Source: Myxococcota bacterium (GTDB lineage Bacteria; Myxococcota_A; Polyangia; JAAYKL01). From it: a DNA stretch of 64,000 bases. The stretch spans positions 852 to 64,851 of the forward strand of contig JASJCT010000034.1 of NCBI GenBank assembly GCA_030065855.1, written 5' to 3'. How positions within the stretch are numbered: the stretch's first letter is position 1; the number at the start of each line of letters is the position of its first letter. Below are positions 41,336-51,133 of this stretch, piece by piece. Both the position numbers and the translations under genes were made by a program. Below the pieces are notes generated by a model. It ran no database searches. It saw nothing but the letters and a program-made list of their open reading frames with translations, and was not told the DNA's origin.

Positions 41336-41952
41336 TTTTTATCGACGCCCGAATCAATGGCAAGACCGCGTATCACCATTTCCCAAAAGCGCTGGCCCAT
41401 TGCCTCCAGGCTCACAGGTTCAGGTACCACCATCCAGTGGAAGATGGCGCCATCAAACCAGGCGCTAAACGCTGCTGCAGTCTCGTATGCATCGATGTCT
41501 GGGCGAATTTCACCCCGCTGCTTGCCCGCTTCGATAAGGTCGGCAATGGCCTGGCGGTAGCTTGTAAGCAGTGCTGTGAACGGACCCAAGCCTTCATCTT
41601 TCCGGCTTTTCAGCAGCATGTACTCCAAAAAGAAGCGGTATGCATCGCGCACGTGTTTCATTGCCGCGACAGTCTTTTGGGTCATTGCCGCAAGGGTCTC
41701 AAGAGGGGATTCCCCTGGCAAGGCAGTCGGCAACAACGCCTCTGTCATGTGGGCCAGGAGTGCCTCCAGCGCGCCTTCCATCAGCGCTTCTTTGCTATCG
41801 AAATACTCGTAAATAGTTCCTTTTCCTATCTCTGCTGCCATTGCCACATCGATCATCCGGGTCTGCTCAAACCCCTTGTCTCCAAACACGGTCACTGCTG
41901 CCAGCGCGATGTACCGTCGCTTTTCATCCCTATCCAAAACCTTGGGTGCCAT
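41332..41952 (-). CDS. TetR/AcrR-family transcriptional regulator
   Basis: N-terminal HTH ALAAVTVFGDKGFEQTRMIDVAMAAEIGKGTIYEYFDSKEAL. 4-nt overlap with the MMPL gene. Confidence 0.9.
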   Translation of the reverse strand: MAPKVLDRDEKRRYIALAAVTVFGDKGFEQTRMIDVAMAAEIGKGTIYEYFDSKEALMEGALEALLAHMTEALLPTALPGESPLETLAAMTQKTVAAMKHVRDAYRFFLEYMLLKSRKDEGLGPFTALLTSYRQAIADLIEAGKQRGEIRPDIDAYETAAAFSAWFDGAIFHWMVVPEPVSLEAMGQRFWEMVIRGLAIDSGVDKK

Positions 41953-41968
41953 AGCTGCTCCATAAATC

Positions 41969-42024
41969 GACCGACCCGTCGGTCATATCCTATAGTTAAA
42001 CTAACACCGACCGACCCGTCGGTC
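41969..42024. promoter_or_regulatory. two identical 16-bp palindromes GACCGACCCGTCGGTC (candidate TetR operators) overlapping a candidate promoter
   Basis: Perfect copies at 41969-41984 and 42009-42024, 40 bp centre to centre, directly upstream of the tetR start. On the minus strand, TTGACC (42021-42026), 17 nt, then TAGTTT (41998-42003). Confidence 0.5.
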
Positions 42025-42035
42025 AAGTGTTGCTA

Positions 42036-42659
42036 TTAACCCACTGGTGGCAAGTTGATGATCTCGTCCATTGAGACGCGAATATGCTCCAGGCTAGCAG
42101 CGCGCAGCCGGACCTCGTCTCCCTCTTCAATGGCTCGGATGATATTGATGGTCTGCACAAAGAATTTTTCGACGTTGATCTTCGGACTGGTTAGCCAAAA
42201 ACGGAGATAGTGACTGAGGAGGGTCTCAAGTGTCTCGGCCAGAAAGCTGTTGTAGGATTCTCTGTACAACAGCTGGTGGAACGCCACATCGAACTCGACG
42301 ATTTGTCGATTGGTGGCGCTCTCTCTAAGTCGGGAAATATCCTCTTTGAAATCAATGAGTGCTTTTCGGCCTTTGGGGCTCATCCGATGCATGGCCCAAA
42401 TATTGGCCTGCACCTCTGCAATGGCGCGGATTTCAGTGATTTCCCGCATCCGCTCCAGGGTCAATGGGCTCACCACATAATGGGAACCGCGCCGAACCAC
42501 CCACTTTTCAACATCCAGCCGGGTCAGGGCGAGGATAATGGGATTGCGGCTGACCCCGTACTGCTTTGCCAGCTCCACGTGGTTTAGGGTGGTCTCTGGC
42601 ATGAGGTCGAGCCAGATGATTTTGTGTTTGAGATCTTTGAATATTGCAATGGGATCCAC
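42036..42659 (-). CDS. GntR-family transcriptional regulator (FadR/FCD-type C-terminal domain)
   Basis: LNHVELAKQYGVSRNPIILALTRLDVEKWVVRRGSHYVVSPL winged HTH, followed by a helical effector domain. Confidence 0.85.
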   Translation of the reverse strand: MDPIAIFKDLKHKIIWLDLMPETTLNHVELAKQYGVSRNPIILALTRLDVEKWVVRRGSHYVVSPLTLERMREITEIRAIAEVQANIWAMHRMSPKGRKALIDFKEDISRLRESATNRQIVEFDVAFHQLLYRESYNSFLAETLETLLSHYLRFWLTSPKINVEKFFVQTINIIRAIEEGDEVRLRAASLEHIRVSMDEIINLPPVG

Positions 42660-42689
42660 GGGTTACGTCCTTTTCAGTTGGGTTGTTGG

Positions 42690-43025
42690 TTACCCGACGA
42701 TTTCATCGAGACCCTCGATAACCCTGTCGAGTTCCTCTGGGCTTACGGTGCCGAGTTTCCTGCCGATCCGCGCTGTGCTGAGGGTCCTGATCTGACTGAT
42801 TTTCACCCAAGATCTTTTTGGCAAGGCACAGGAAAGCACTTCGAGTACCAGAGGAAATCCAACGCTCTGCTCCTGGCTGGTGATCGCCAGCGCGATAACA
42901 GTGCCAGACCTCAGGTTAAAAATATCGTGACTCACAACGAGAACCGGGCGCTTTCCCCCCTGTTCCCTACCCCTGACTGGATTCAGATCAGCCCAGCGAA
43001 TCTCGCCCCTTAGTATTCTGGCCAT
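42690..43025 (-). CDS. mazF: MazF/PemK-family type II toxin (mRNA interferase)
   Basis: [27 protein letters not shown]...VIALAITSQ is canonical for PemK/MazF. 111 aa. Confidence 0.9.
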   Translation of the reverse strand: MARILRGEIRWADLNPVRGREQGGKRPVLVVSHDIFNLRSGTVIALAITSQEQSVGFPLVLEVLSCALPKRSWVKISQIRTLSTARIGRKLGTVSPEELDRVIEGLDEIVG

Positions 43026-43252
43026 TCACTCAGTTCCTCTGAAAGCCCCTCTTCTGCCAGGGATCTCTCAAATGCTTTGTCGAGCTTTGCACATTCACGC
43101 GCGAGTCGCGTGCGGTTGATTCTATCCAATTTTTCCTGAACTGCCTCTTGAATCGCCCGGCTTCGACTTGGATAAACCTTTTTTTTCACTAGTTCATCGA
43201 GTTTTCCGAGGGTCGCCCGCTCTATTGTAATCGCGATTTTGTCTGTGCTCAT
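43010..43252 (-). CDS. ribbon-helix-helix (CopG/MazE-like) antitoxin
   Basis: [38 protein letters not shown] is an RHH fold pattern. Overlaps the toxin gene by 16 nt. Start placed at ATG 43252 (AAGGTG upstream). Confidence 0.7.
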   Translation of the reverse strand: MSTDKIAITIERATLGKLDELVKKKVYPSRSRAIQEAVQEKLDRINRTRLARECAKLDKAFERSLAEEGLSEELSEWPEY

Positions 43253-43392
43253 TATCACACCTTTGGTATTACTACTTATCATACTGTCGCTCACTACAAA
43301 ATCAAGCGATTTTTACTTGCAACGCCAATGAGCATTGACGAACACTTCGAACCCACCAACGACACTCAACTATCCCCCTGAGACCGCAAAAG

Positions 43393-45810
43393 CTACTGCA
43401 TGTACCCCAGGGCACGGAGCTGTTGCTTTAAATCCTCTGGCATATTCGCTTCTTCAGCCTGGGGTTTGGGCGCGCCCACGACTTCTGATGCAATTTCAGG
43501 GCCTGTCCATGCCAGCTTGTCCGGGGCGGCGATGAATTGACCCAGGGCAATGCGCATGGCCCGAAGCGCCAGGGGATATTTGACATCGACATCGTTTTGC
43601 TCCCTGGGATCACTCGCCAGATGATAGAGATATGTTCGCGCTGGGCCCCGCATGTAAAGTTTAAAATCCCCTTTTCGAACCGTCCAGGATAGGTTTCGCC
43701 CGTCTGCTTCGCTATAGAAGCTGGCAAACGCAGCGCCGAGAGGGTCGACCACCGCTCCGTTGCAGTCGGGTAGGAGGTTTTTCCCCTCTAATCCCTTGGG
43801 CGCAGGCACGCCCGTGGCCGCTAGCAGCGTCGGTAGGATGTCGGTCAATCCCACGTCGTTTTTCAGCCGTCTTTGCGCCGGGACCACCCCTGGCGAGCGA
43901 ATGATCAGCGGCACGTGCAGCAGCTCCTGGTAAAGCGTGTGGCCGTGGCCCACGGACTCGTGTTCAAAGAACTCCTCACCGTGGTCTGAACACACGATAA
44001 TCGCTGTATCATCGAGCACACCGAGCTTGTTCAAGCCATCGAGAAAATGCCCGAAGTGGCGATCGTGATACGTGACCTCTCCATCGTAAAGCGCTTCCAA
44101 CCGCCGGCGATCACGCGTGTTTAATGTGATCTTCTTGCGCTTGAATTCCTCGAGCAGGTTGCCGGTCGACCGGTTCTGCACAGGACCGTCATACCCCATG
44201 GCGTCGTAGATCTTGAGGTCGTCGCTAGGCGGGTCGTAGGGCACGTGGGGGTCGATTGTTTGGATGTAGGTGTAAAAGGGTTTGTCTTTATTGGCTGCTA
44301 TAAAATCCAGGCTGCGTTTGAACACGTGTTCGGCTTCTGTTGGTTTTTTCTCGCGGATGAAGTTGACATAGTCGGTCCAACCGCGCTTAAACCCGAATTC
44401 CTCTGCCAGATATCCGTTGGCGATAAAGGCGCCTGTGGCAAACCCGGCGCTTCTGAACATTTCTGAAGCAAGTTTTACCGATCCGCCCACCTTGGAAGCG
44501 TGGCCCCGGGCCTTGTGGGAATCTGGAAAGAGCCCGGTGAGCACAGAGGCGCAGGACGGTTTGGTCCAATTGGACGGTGCCTGGCACCGCTCGAACACGG
44601 TCGACTCCTTGACGAACTTGTCGAGGGCAGGTGTTTTAACCCGGGTTTTGGCATAGGCGGTCAGTTTGTCGGCGCGCAGGGTATCGATGAGCACTACCAC
44701 GGCGTTTTTGGCTTTCCGCTTCATGACCTCGATTCTGGGGGGGGGGACGCGCACGGCTGGATCGCCGAGGGCCAGACGCCCCCCTGGTGTGCCCTGGGCA
44801 ATGAGGTCGATTTTCGCGAGGCGCCCTGCTGCCTGGCCAAGGTCAAAAACCTCGTTATGCCAGGATCCGACCGGGTATTTTTTGCTCGATATTTCAATGG
44901 GTTGGCCATCATCGACCGGGGTCACCCGGACGCTTAGGGCAGCTTCGATGGCTTTTTCAGCCCCCCCCCCTGGCGAGGCGGTTGCCGCTGCCAGGCAGAG
45001 TTTGGCGTTGGTGGGTATTTCAGCGTAATAGCTCAGCGTGGTGGGCAAGCTCAGGATGAGCGCATCCCGCTCGATGTCGCCGACCGCGTAGCGCTGTTTG
45101 AGGCCTTTTTGATGGGGCGGGCTGAACGCAACCCCATCAGGCGCGTCTTCGCCTTCTTGAATGATGCGAATATAGTCAACGGCAATGGACGCGGGCTTGA
45201 GTCCAACTTTTTTCGTAGCGGTCCGATACACGAGCTTGAGATAGTTCTCGCCTGCGACCACTGCTTCGGGTGCGGCCTGGATACGGTGTTCTTCCCAGTC
45301 CGAGCTCTTGAGGTTCACGCGGGTAATGGGGTTATCGTTCAGGTACAGTGAAAAGGAATCGGTCCCCCCCCGTTTGACCCGCAGCACAAACGACAGGGGC
45401 ACGGGCTCGGGCACGGAGAAATAGAGCCGGGATGGGGAGGAGGTGGCCCACGTAAAGGACATGCCGTTCATGAAGGTGTCGGTATCCCATCCACTCATCC
45501 ACCCACCCAGGGAGTATTTAAACCTGGCAGCAGTGCCAAAGTCGATGAATTCACCGTAGTGGTGAATATCTGCGAGATGCAGTGCATCTGAAAGCCCGAT
45601 GGCCTGCTTCATGCCGGCCCAGGGGGTGCCCGCGGCGCTGGGATCTTCAGCAGCGCCAGATGACCCCTTGTCTGCCTTGTCCCCACAGCCCATGGGCATG
45701 GTTGCCGCTGCGATAAAACCAGAACTCGCCCATAGAAAATCCCTGCGGCTCAGGCATTGATGGGGGGTTGATTGTTCTTGGCGATCTTTTTTGTTTGGAT
45801 GCGATGTCAT
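43393..45810 (-). CDS. Tat-signal sulfatase-like (alkaline-phosphatase superfamily) hydrolase/transferase with ~370-aa N-terminal domain of unknown function
   Basis: SRRDFLWASSGFIAAATMP. Catalytic domain VVVLIDTLRADKL...NWTKPSCASVLTGLFP...CSDHGEEF...GHGHTLY. Thr occupies the position of the formylglycine Cys/Ser (T-K-P-S-C instead of C/S-x-P-S-R). Start at ATG 45810 (GGAG upstream). Confidence 0.8.
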   Translation of the reverse strand: MTSHPNKKDRQEQSTPHQCLSRRDFLWASSGFIAAATMPMGCGDKADKGSSGAAEDPSAAGTPWAGMKQAIGLSDALHLADIHHYGEFIDFGTAARFKYSLGGWMSGWDTDTFMNGMSFTWATSSPSRLYFSVPEPVPLSFVLRVKRGGTDSFSLYLNDNPITRVNLKSSDWEEHRIQAAPEAVVAGENYLKLVYRTATKKVGLKPASIAVDYIRIIQEGEDAPDGVAFSPPHQKGLKQRYAVGDIERDALILSLPTTLSYYAEIPTNAKLCLAAATASPGGGAEKAIEAALSVRVTPVDDGQPIEISSKKYPVGSWHNEVFDLGQAAGRLAKIDLIAQGTPGGRLALGDPAVRVPPPRIEVMKRKAKNAVVVLIDTLRADKLTAYAKTRVKTPALDKFVKESTVFERCQAPSNWTKPSCASVLTGLFPDSHKARGHASKVGGSVKLASEMFRSAGFATGAFIANGYLAEEFGFKRGWTDYVNFIREKKPTEAEHVFKRSLDFIAANKDKPFYTYIQTIDPHVPYDPPSDDLKIYDAMGYDGPVQNRSTGNLLEEFKRKKITLNTRDRRRLEALYDGEVTYHDRHFGHFLDGLNKLGVLDDTAIIVCSDHGEEFFEHESVGHGHTLYQELLHVPLIIRSPGVVPAQRRLKNDVGLTDILPTLLAATGVPAPKGLEGKNLLPDCNGAVVDPLGAAFASFYSEADGRNLSWTVRKGDFKLYMRGPARTYLYHLASDPREQNDVDVKYPLALRAMRIALGQFIAAPDKLAWTGPEIASEVVGAPKPQAEEANMPEDLKQQLRALGYMQ

Positions 45811-46034
45811 CAAATCTCCATTCTCATTCACACTGTCGTATCAGCCGCGATACACGAACCTCTCTATCAATACCAAATACCGGGGTGAGAACAAAGTATT
45901 GGGTGCCAGACCCGTCAAAATCCCCCTGCCCCCTTGGCCAAAGAGGGCGTTTATGACCCATCACTCATCACTTGACGAGGTACGATGTGCTTCTGGCCCC
46001 TTTGCCGATAATTTGATATTATCTCGCTAGACGA

Positions 46035-46784
46035 ATGTCCGTCACCAAATGGATTGGCAATCAAATGACGAAAAACGCCAACCGATTGGATAGACTGTCG
46101 CTCCTTACAGCGTTTTTGGGGCTGTCAGTGACCCTTTCGTGCACTGTGAATGATATTGATCCCAATATTGGTGGATCAGATGTCGGCGATTCAGATAGCA
46201 CTTCAGATAGCGATGTCAGCACTGACTCCGAAGGCAATATAGATGCCGGTGCCGATGCCGGTGCCGATAGCGATACCGATTGGACCTGTGATGCGTATCC
46301 CGTTGCAGATGGCAATTTTTCAACAGGATCCGTCATCAGCAATTATGTTCTAATCGATAAGGACGATAAAAAGACCGAAATCTGCGAGCTCGCCAAGGGC
46401 AAATCCCTCATGCTGATAAAAATCAGCGTCGATAACTGTATGGGTTGTCAGCTAGAGATTCTAGATATCATTGACGTTGCCACTTTATACGAACCATATG
46501 GGGTCATTATCATCGAAGCCCAGCAGGCGATTTCATCGCAAGAGGCGTTGCTGGATTGGGTCCAAGATCACGATTATTACGGTTTTCGTACCTATCCACC
46601 CAAGCAGATAAAGTACGACTACATGAAGACCGAGCAATTGCCCTTTTTCGGAGCCATGGTGCTCATTGATCCCACTACGATGAAAGTGCTCGAACCCGAC
46701 TGCGGATTGAAGATCTGGGATGCTGAAGATCGATGCCTGTCGCAGTACTTAAACAAGGCCGACCCAATGTCGGGTCAAAAATAG
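46035..46784 (+). CDS. hypothetical lipoprotein with Asp/Ser-rich N-terminal region
   Basis: Lipobox-like TLSC, then DVGDSDSTSDSDVSTDSEGNIDAGADAGADSDTD. The C-terminal ~150 aa contain a CxxC (DNCMGCQ). No family call. Confidence 0.45.
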   Translation: MSVTKWIGNQMTKNANRLDRLSLLTAFLGLSVTLSCTVNDIDPNIGGSDVGDSDSTSDSDVSTDSEGNIDAGADAGADSDTDWTCDAYPVADGNFSTGSVISNYVLIDKDDKKTEICELAKGKSLMLIKISVDNCMGCQLEILDIIDVATLYEPYGVIIIEAQQAISSQEALLDWVQDHDYYGFRTYPPKQIKYDYMKTEQLPFFGAMVLIDPTTMKVLEPDCGLKIWDAEDRCLSQYLNKADPMSGQK

Positions 46785-46792
46785 TAAACAGC

Positions 46793-47752
46793 GTGTCTAT
46801 TTTGGCCTCAACATACAGCTGCCTCATCCCTGTGATCCTGGTTTTAGGCTGCCACCACAACGACGGGGTTCCCTGGGACTCGGACCACCCGATAGATACG
46901 GCAACAGACACCGAGACCACTGTTGATACAGAGACAGAACCAGGGGCCCGCTTTGTACAAATTGCTGTTGGTGGATGGCATACATGTGGCCTTAAGGACG
47001 ATGGAAAAGTGGTCTGCGCGGGTTTGGATAGCTGGGGCCAAGCCACCGCACCTTTGAATGTTAGCTTTGTGGAGATCGCTGCGGGCTGGTTTCATACGTG
47101 CGGGATAACGACCGACAGCACAGTGCACTGCTGGGGGGGAAACGCCTATGGTGAGGCCACGCCGCCCACCGAGGGTGGGTTTGCTCGCATTACCGCTGGT
47201 TTGTTTCATGCCTGCGGCCTCAAATCGGATAACACTGTCGTATGTTGGGGAGACGACTATTACTATCAAGTGACAGACCCTCCTGAGGCCCGACTCACTC
47301 AGATCGACGCGGGAGAATGGCATACCTGCAGCGTAACGACCCAGGGAACCATCGAGTGTTGGGGCTGGGGTGATAACGGCGAAACCAAGCCCCCCCAAGA
47401 CGACAGCTCCTTTGCCCAGGTCGCCACGGCAAGCGATCACTCGTGTGCGTTGAAGACCGATGGCACGGTTGTTTGCTGGGGCTTGAGTGGAGACGGAGAA
47501 GCCGCTCCACCTACAGCTGGGGATTTCATCCAAGTAGATGTCGGCGGTGCCCATTCCTGTGGCCTCAAGAACACCGGCACATGCGTTTGCTGGGGGTCCA
47601 ACGCACTTGGTCAGTCAAGCCCTCCAGGCAGCACAATATTTTCTGAGATAGGCACGGGCATGTACCACTCCTGCGGCCTTACACCAGAGGGCACTGTTGA
47701 ATGCTGGGGAGCTTTTAACAGTGGGGCTGGATCCGATCCGTTTCGGCCGTAG
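46793..47752 (+). CDS. RCC1-repeat (beta-propeller) lipoprotein
   Basis: Six or more repeats of the type GGWHTCGLKDDGKVVCAG..WGQATAP. Lipobox VLGC. The start is uncertain: GTG 46793 avoids overlap with the upstream gene, and the ORF-track ATG is 46733. Confidence 0.85.
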   Translation: MSILASTYSCLIPVILVLGCHHNDGVPWDSDHPIDTATDTETTVDTETEPGARFVQIAVGGWHTCGLKDDGKVVCAGLDSWGQATAPLNVSFVEIAAGWFHTCGITTDSTVHCWGGNAYGEATPPTEGGFARITAGLFHACGLKSDNTVVCWGDDYYYQVTDPPEARLTQIDAGEWHTCSVTTQGTIECWGWGDNGETKPPQDDSSFAQVATASDHSCALKTDGTVVCWGLSGDGEAAPPTAGDFIQVDVGGAHSCGLKNTGTCVCWGSNALGQSSPPGSTIFSEIGTGMYHSCGLTPEGTVECWGAFNSGAGSDPFRP

Positions 47753-47812
47753 CATTTAGAGGTATACTTATAAATAACGATGTAACGTCGACGGTGGTCG
47801 AGAGGGGGATTT

Positions 47813-50800
47813 ATGATCAAGGCTCTGGCATTGCTCTCTATCATCGCCCTTCTCCCCAGAGCAGCTTTGGCCTCCCTAGAAATCGGCGAGCCCTTGATAC
47901 GCAATTTCGAGCCAGGGGAATACGGTGGTCATCTACAGGTTTGGGCTGTCACCCAGGATAAACGCGGGGTGATGTATTTTGGGATGATGGGTGAGATCAT
48001 CCAATTCGACGGTACCTACTGGAAGAGCATTGAACTTGCCAATAGAATGACAGTGCGATCCTTGGCGACTGACTCAGATGGGGTGGTTTACGTGGGTGGT
48101 GTGAGCGAGTTCGGCTACTTGGCGTCAAATCAAGAGGGGCAGCTATCGTATCAATCATTGAAAGGCCAGATACCTTTAGAAAGTAGGCCCTTCAAGGATG
48201 TGTGGCGGTTATTTACAACCTCACATGGCGTATATTTTATTACCATCGACCAGGTTTTCAGATGGCACGAAAACCGCGTAACGGTTTTCTCATTGGGCAC
48301 TCAGGTAGCCACGAAGATATCTGACAACCTTTACATCCATACACAGAACGGAATAGCCGAGATATCAAAAGATGGGCTCTCTCACCTGCCAAACAGCGCC
48401 TTTAAAGAGGAGACGTACGGTACGATACACTTGTTTCCATTTCCAACTAACGATCGAATACTCGTCTATTCCTCAAACAAAGGTCTTTTCCTTGTTCCAC
48501 TCGATCATGAGGGTGATGCCCCTCAAACGGGAAAAAAAATCCCCTTTCAAAACGAAGCGAACGATTATCTGATTCACAATAAATCATCCAAGGCAACATT
48601 ACTCCCCCAAAATCTCATTGCATTTGGAACGGACAAAGGGGGCGTTGTCATAATGGATGTAAACGGAAAACTGATCGGCGTCGTCAATGAAAATAGAGGA
48701 CTACGGGCAAACAGCATTCTGTGCATCTTTAAGGATCGTTTTCATAATCTATGGGTCGGGATGCAGGGAGGCATTGCTCATATCGAAGTCAGTTCACCGC
48801 TGACCCTGTTTGGAAAGAGATCAGGGCTCCCCTCCACTGTTCTCAGTGTCACCCGACATCAGCATCATATCTATGCCGCAACATGGAAAGACGGCCCTTT
48901 GAAACTGCCAGCTTATGAACTCTCGTCAGAAAACGATGCCCATCGTTTCGCTGCATTGAAAGGGGACAAGGTACTGACGGGTTGGTGTTTTGTAAATATT
49001 GGCAGCACGTTGCTTATCAGCGCGCACAAGGTTCGCCGGATAGACAATGGAGAGATATCTACCATTGAGGAAACCCCCAACGGCTATGGCATGCGCGTAT
49101 CCAAACGGTATTTAGGGCGTATTTACTTAGGCGTTTCAGGAATGGATGATGGCGGGGTTGGAGTGATTGAATATAAAACCTCGATTTCTCAAGATAGAAC
49201 CCAATCAGAGGTCACGCAGTTTGAGTACAAAGGAAAGATTCCCGGCATCAGCGAGACCGTACGCTCTATTATCGAAGATGACCAGGGAAACCTTTGGTTG
49301 TCCACCCGATCGTCCGGCATCCTCCATCTGCGGTTCAAATCAGACGTGATAAGCGATTATGAAGTGGAAAAATATACCACCAAGCACGGCCTTCCTTCGA
49401 TGGAATGGAACAGAGCATATCTGGAAGGGGACCAAGTGTGGGTAGCGACAGAAAAAGGAATCTACAAGTATGTTGAGCACGCGCCAGGGCAAGATAAAAA
49501 CATACGGTTTATACCTGAATTCAGTACAGAAAAAGACAACAGTGAAGACGAGCAAGGTGTGGATGAAATAACTGGGTACGGAAACAATAGATGGCTGCTG
49601 AGTCCGTTTAGCGATCATGGTATCCTGACAAAAGCGTCGGATGGCACATACAAGGCGGACAATCGACCGTTTCGAGCCGTCTCCGAACTACAAATGTACG
49701 GGCCTCATATAGATCCGGACGGTGTCGTATGGTTTCCAATGGCCAATGGCCTTTATCGCTACGATCCGAAAAAGGTCAAGGATTATGAGGCCCCCTACAG
49801 CGCCTTGATTCGAAAGGTGACAACGAGCTCAAACCGGCACATTTTCGAAGGTACCCACTACGATCCGGTGTCGAAAACAGGTGATCTTTATGACCGCCTA
49901 GGGCATGTTCAGCCAGCAGATCAAATCCACACATTGAATTATGACGAGAATGGTCTCACCTTTGAGTACTCAGCGCTCTTCTACGAACAGATCGAAAAGA
50001 CCGCCTACCAAATCATGTTGGCAGGTTATGACAAGACCTGGAGCCATTGGTCGGATAAAACATTAAAGGAATACACCAATATTCCCGAGGGCGCCTACGC
50101 ATTCAAAGTCCGGGCAAAAAACATCTACGATACGATAAGCAAGGTCGCGATGTATCGCTTTAGAATTTTGCCCCCTTGGTATCGGACCATATGGGCCTAT
50201 ACGGGATATCTCCTTGGCTTTCTATTGCTTTTATTCGTTCTCATCAGGCTCAATACAAGTCGACTCAGGGCCGCCAAGAAGCGGCTGGAACAAATCGTAA
50301 AAGAGAGAACCGCCGAAGTGGTCAGCCAGAAGAACGAAATTGAATCGCAAAAAAATGCGCTAGAAGTTGCCTACAAAGAAGTGAACGAAACCAAGGACGC
50401 TCTGTGGGGGGAAATGGAGCTCGCCAAAAAGATTCAAACCATTCTCCTGCCAGAAGATCCGCGCATCCCGGGTTACGAGATTACCGGGTACATGAAAACG
50501 GCTGATGAAGTGGGCGGAGACTACTACGACATCGTCAACGTCAGGGACAAGCATTGGCTGGTTATCGGCGATGTCTCTGGCCATGGCGTGCCCGCCGGCT
50601 TGGTAATGATGATGGTTCACAGCACCATCGATCACGCGATTCGATCCAACCTATCCGATGCCCCGGATAAAATCCTGAGCTCGGTCAATCAAACCATTTA
50701 CCGGGATATCAAAAAGCTGGGGGAGTCCAAGTACATGACCCTAACCCTCATGTCGTTCGGGCCCGACGGGACCATTTACTACGCTGGACTTCATCAAGAC

Positions 50801-51133
50801 ATCTATATCTTTCGCAAAGCAAGAGGAGAAGTAGAAGCGATAGAAACCCAGGGCATCTGGTTGGGCATCATCGCCGATATCGAAGGCATGAACACTGTAG
50901 ACCAGCTACACCTGGACCCAGGAGACACGATGTTGCTGTTCACCGACGGCATTGTCGAAGCCACGGATCAGGACGGCCAGATGTACGACAACGAGCAGCT
51001 CATCAGCGTGCTCGAGCGATGCGGGGAGCAATCGACGCCTGAGATCAGAGATCGCATCCTACAGTCTCTGATTGGCTACACGACAGACGACGATGTTACC
51101 ATGATGGTGGTTCAGAGGTGTGACGTATCGTGA
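47813..51133 (+). CDS. sensor protein: periplasmic two-component-regulator propeller repeats + Y_Y_Y domain, TM helix, coiled coil, PP2C-type SpoIIE phosphatase domain
   Basis: 1106 aa. The C-terminal domain has GGDYYDIV...IGDVSGHGVPAGLVMMM...FTDGIVEA...DDVTMMVV (SpoIIE/PP2C). The N-terminal ~750 aa are repetitive beta-propeller-like, followed by TM helix YTGYLLGFLLLLFVLI. Confidence 0.85.
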   Translation: MIKALALLSIIALLPRAALASLEIGEPLIRNFEPGEYGGHLQVWAVTQDKRGVMYFGMMGEIIQFDGTYWKSIELANRMTVRSLATDSDGVVYVGGVSEFGYLASNQEGQLSYQSLKGQIPLESRPFKDVWRLFTTSHGVYFITIDQVFRWHENRVTVFSLGTQVATKISDNLYIHTQNGIAEISKDGLSHLPNSAFKEETYGTIHLFPFPTNDRILVYSSNKGLFLVPLDHEGDAPQTGKKIPFQNEANDYLIHNKSSKATLLPQNLIAFGTDKGGVVIMDVNGKLIGVVNENRGLRANSILCIFKDRFHNLWVGMQGGIAHIEVSSPLTLFGKRSGLPSTVLSVTRHQHHIYAATWKDGPLKLPAYELSSENDAHRFAALKGDKVLTGWCFVNIGSTLLISAHKVRRIDNGEISTIEETPNGYGMRVSKRYLGRIYLGVSGMDDGGVGVIEYKTSISQDRTQSEVTQFEYKGKIPGISETVRSIIEDDQGNLWLSTRSSGILHLRFKSDVISDYEVEKYTTKHGLPSMEWNRAYLEGDQVWVATEKGIYKYVEHAPGQDKNIRFIPEFSTEKDNSEDEQGVDEITGYGNNRWLLSPFSDHGILTKASDGTYKADNRPFRAVSELQMYGPHIDPDGVVWFPMANGLYRYDPKKVKDYEAPYSALIRKVTTSSNRHIFEGTHYDPVSKTGDLYDRLGHVQPADQIHTLNYDENGLTFEYSALFYEQIEKTAYQIMLAGYDKTWSHWSDKTLKEYTNIPEGAYAFKVRAKNIYDTISKVAMYRFRILPPWYRTIWAYTGYLLGFLLLLFVLIRLNTSRLRAAKKRLEQIVKERTAEVVSQKNEIESQKNALEVAYKEVNETKDALWGEMELAKKIQTILLPEDPRIPGYEITGYMKTADEVGGDYYDIVNVRDKHWLVIGDVSGHGVPAGLVMMMVHSTIDHAIRSNLSDAPDKILSSVNQTIYRDIKKLGESKYMTLTLMSFGPDGTIYYAGLHQDIYIFRKARGEVEAIETQGIWLGIIADIEGMNTVDQLHLDPGDTMLLFTDGIVEATDQDGQMYDNEQLISVLERCGEQSTPEIRDRILQSLIGYTTDDDVTMMVVQRCDVS

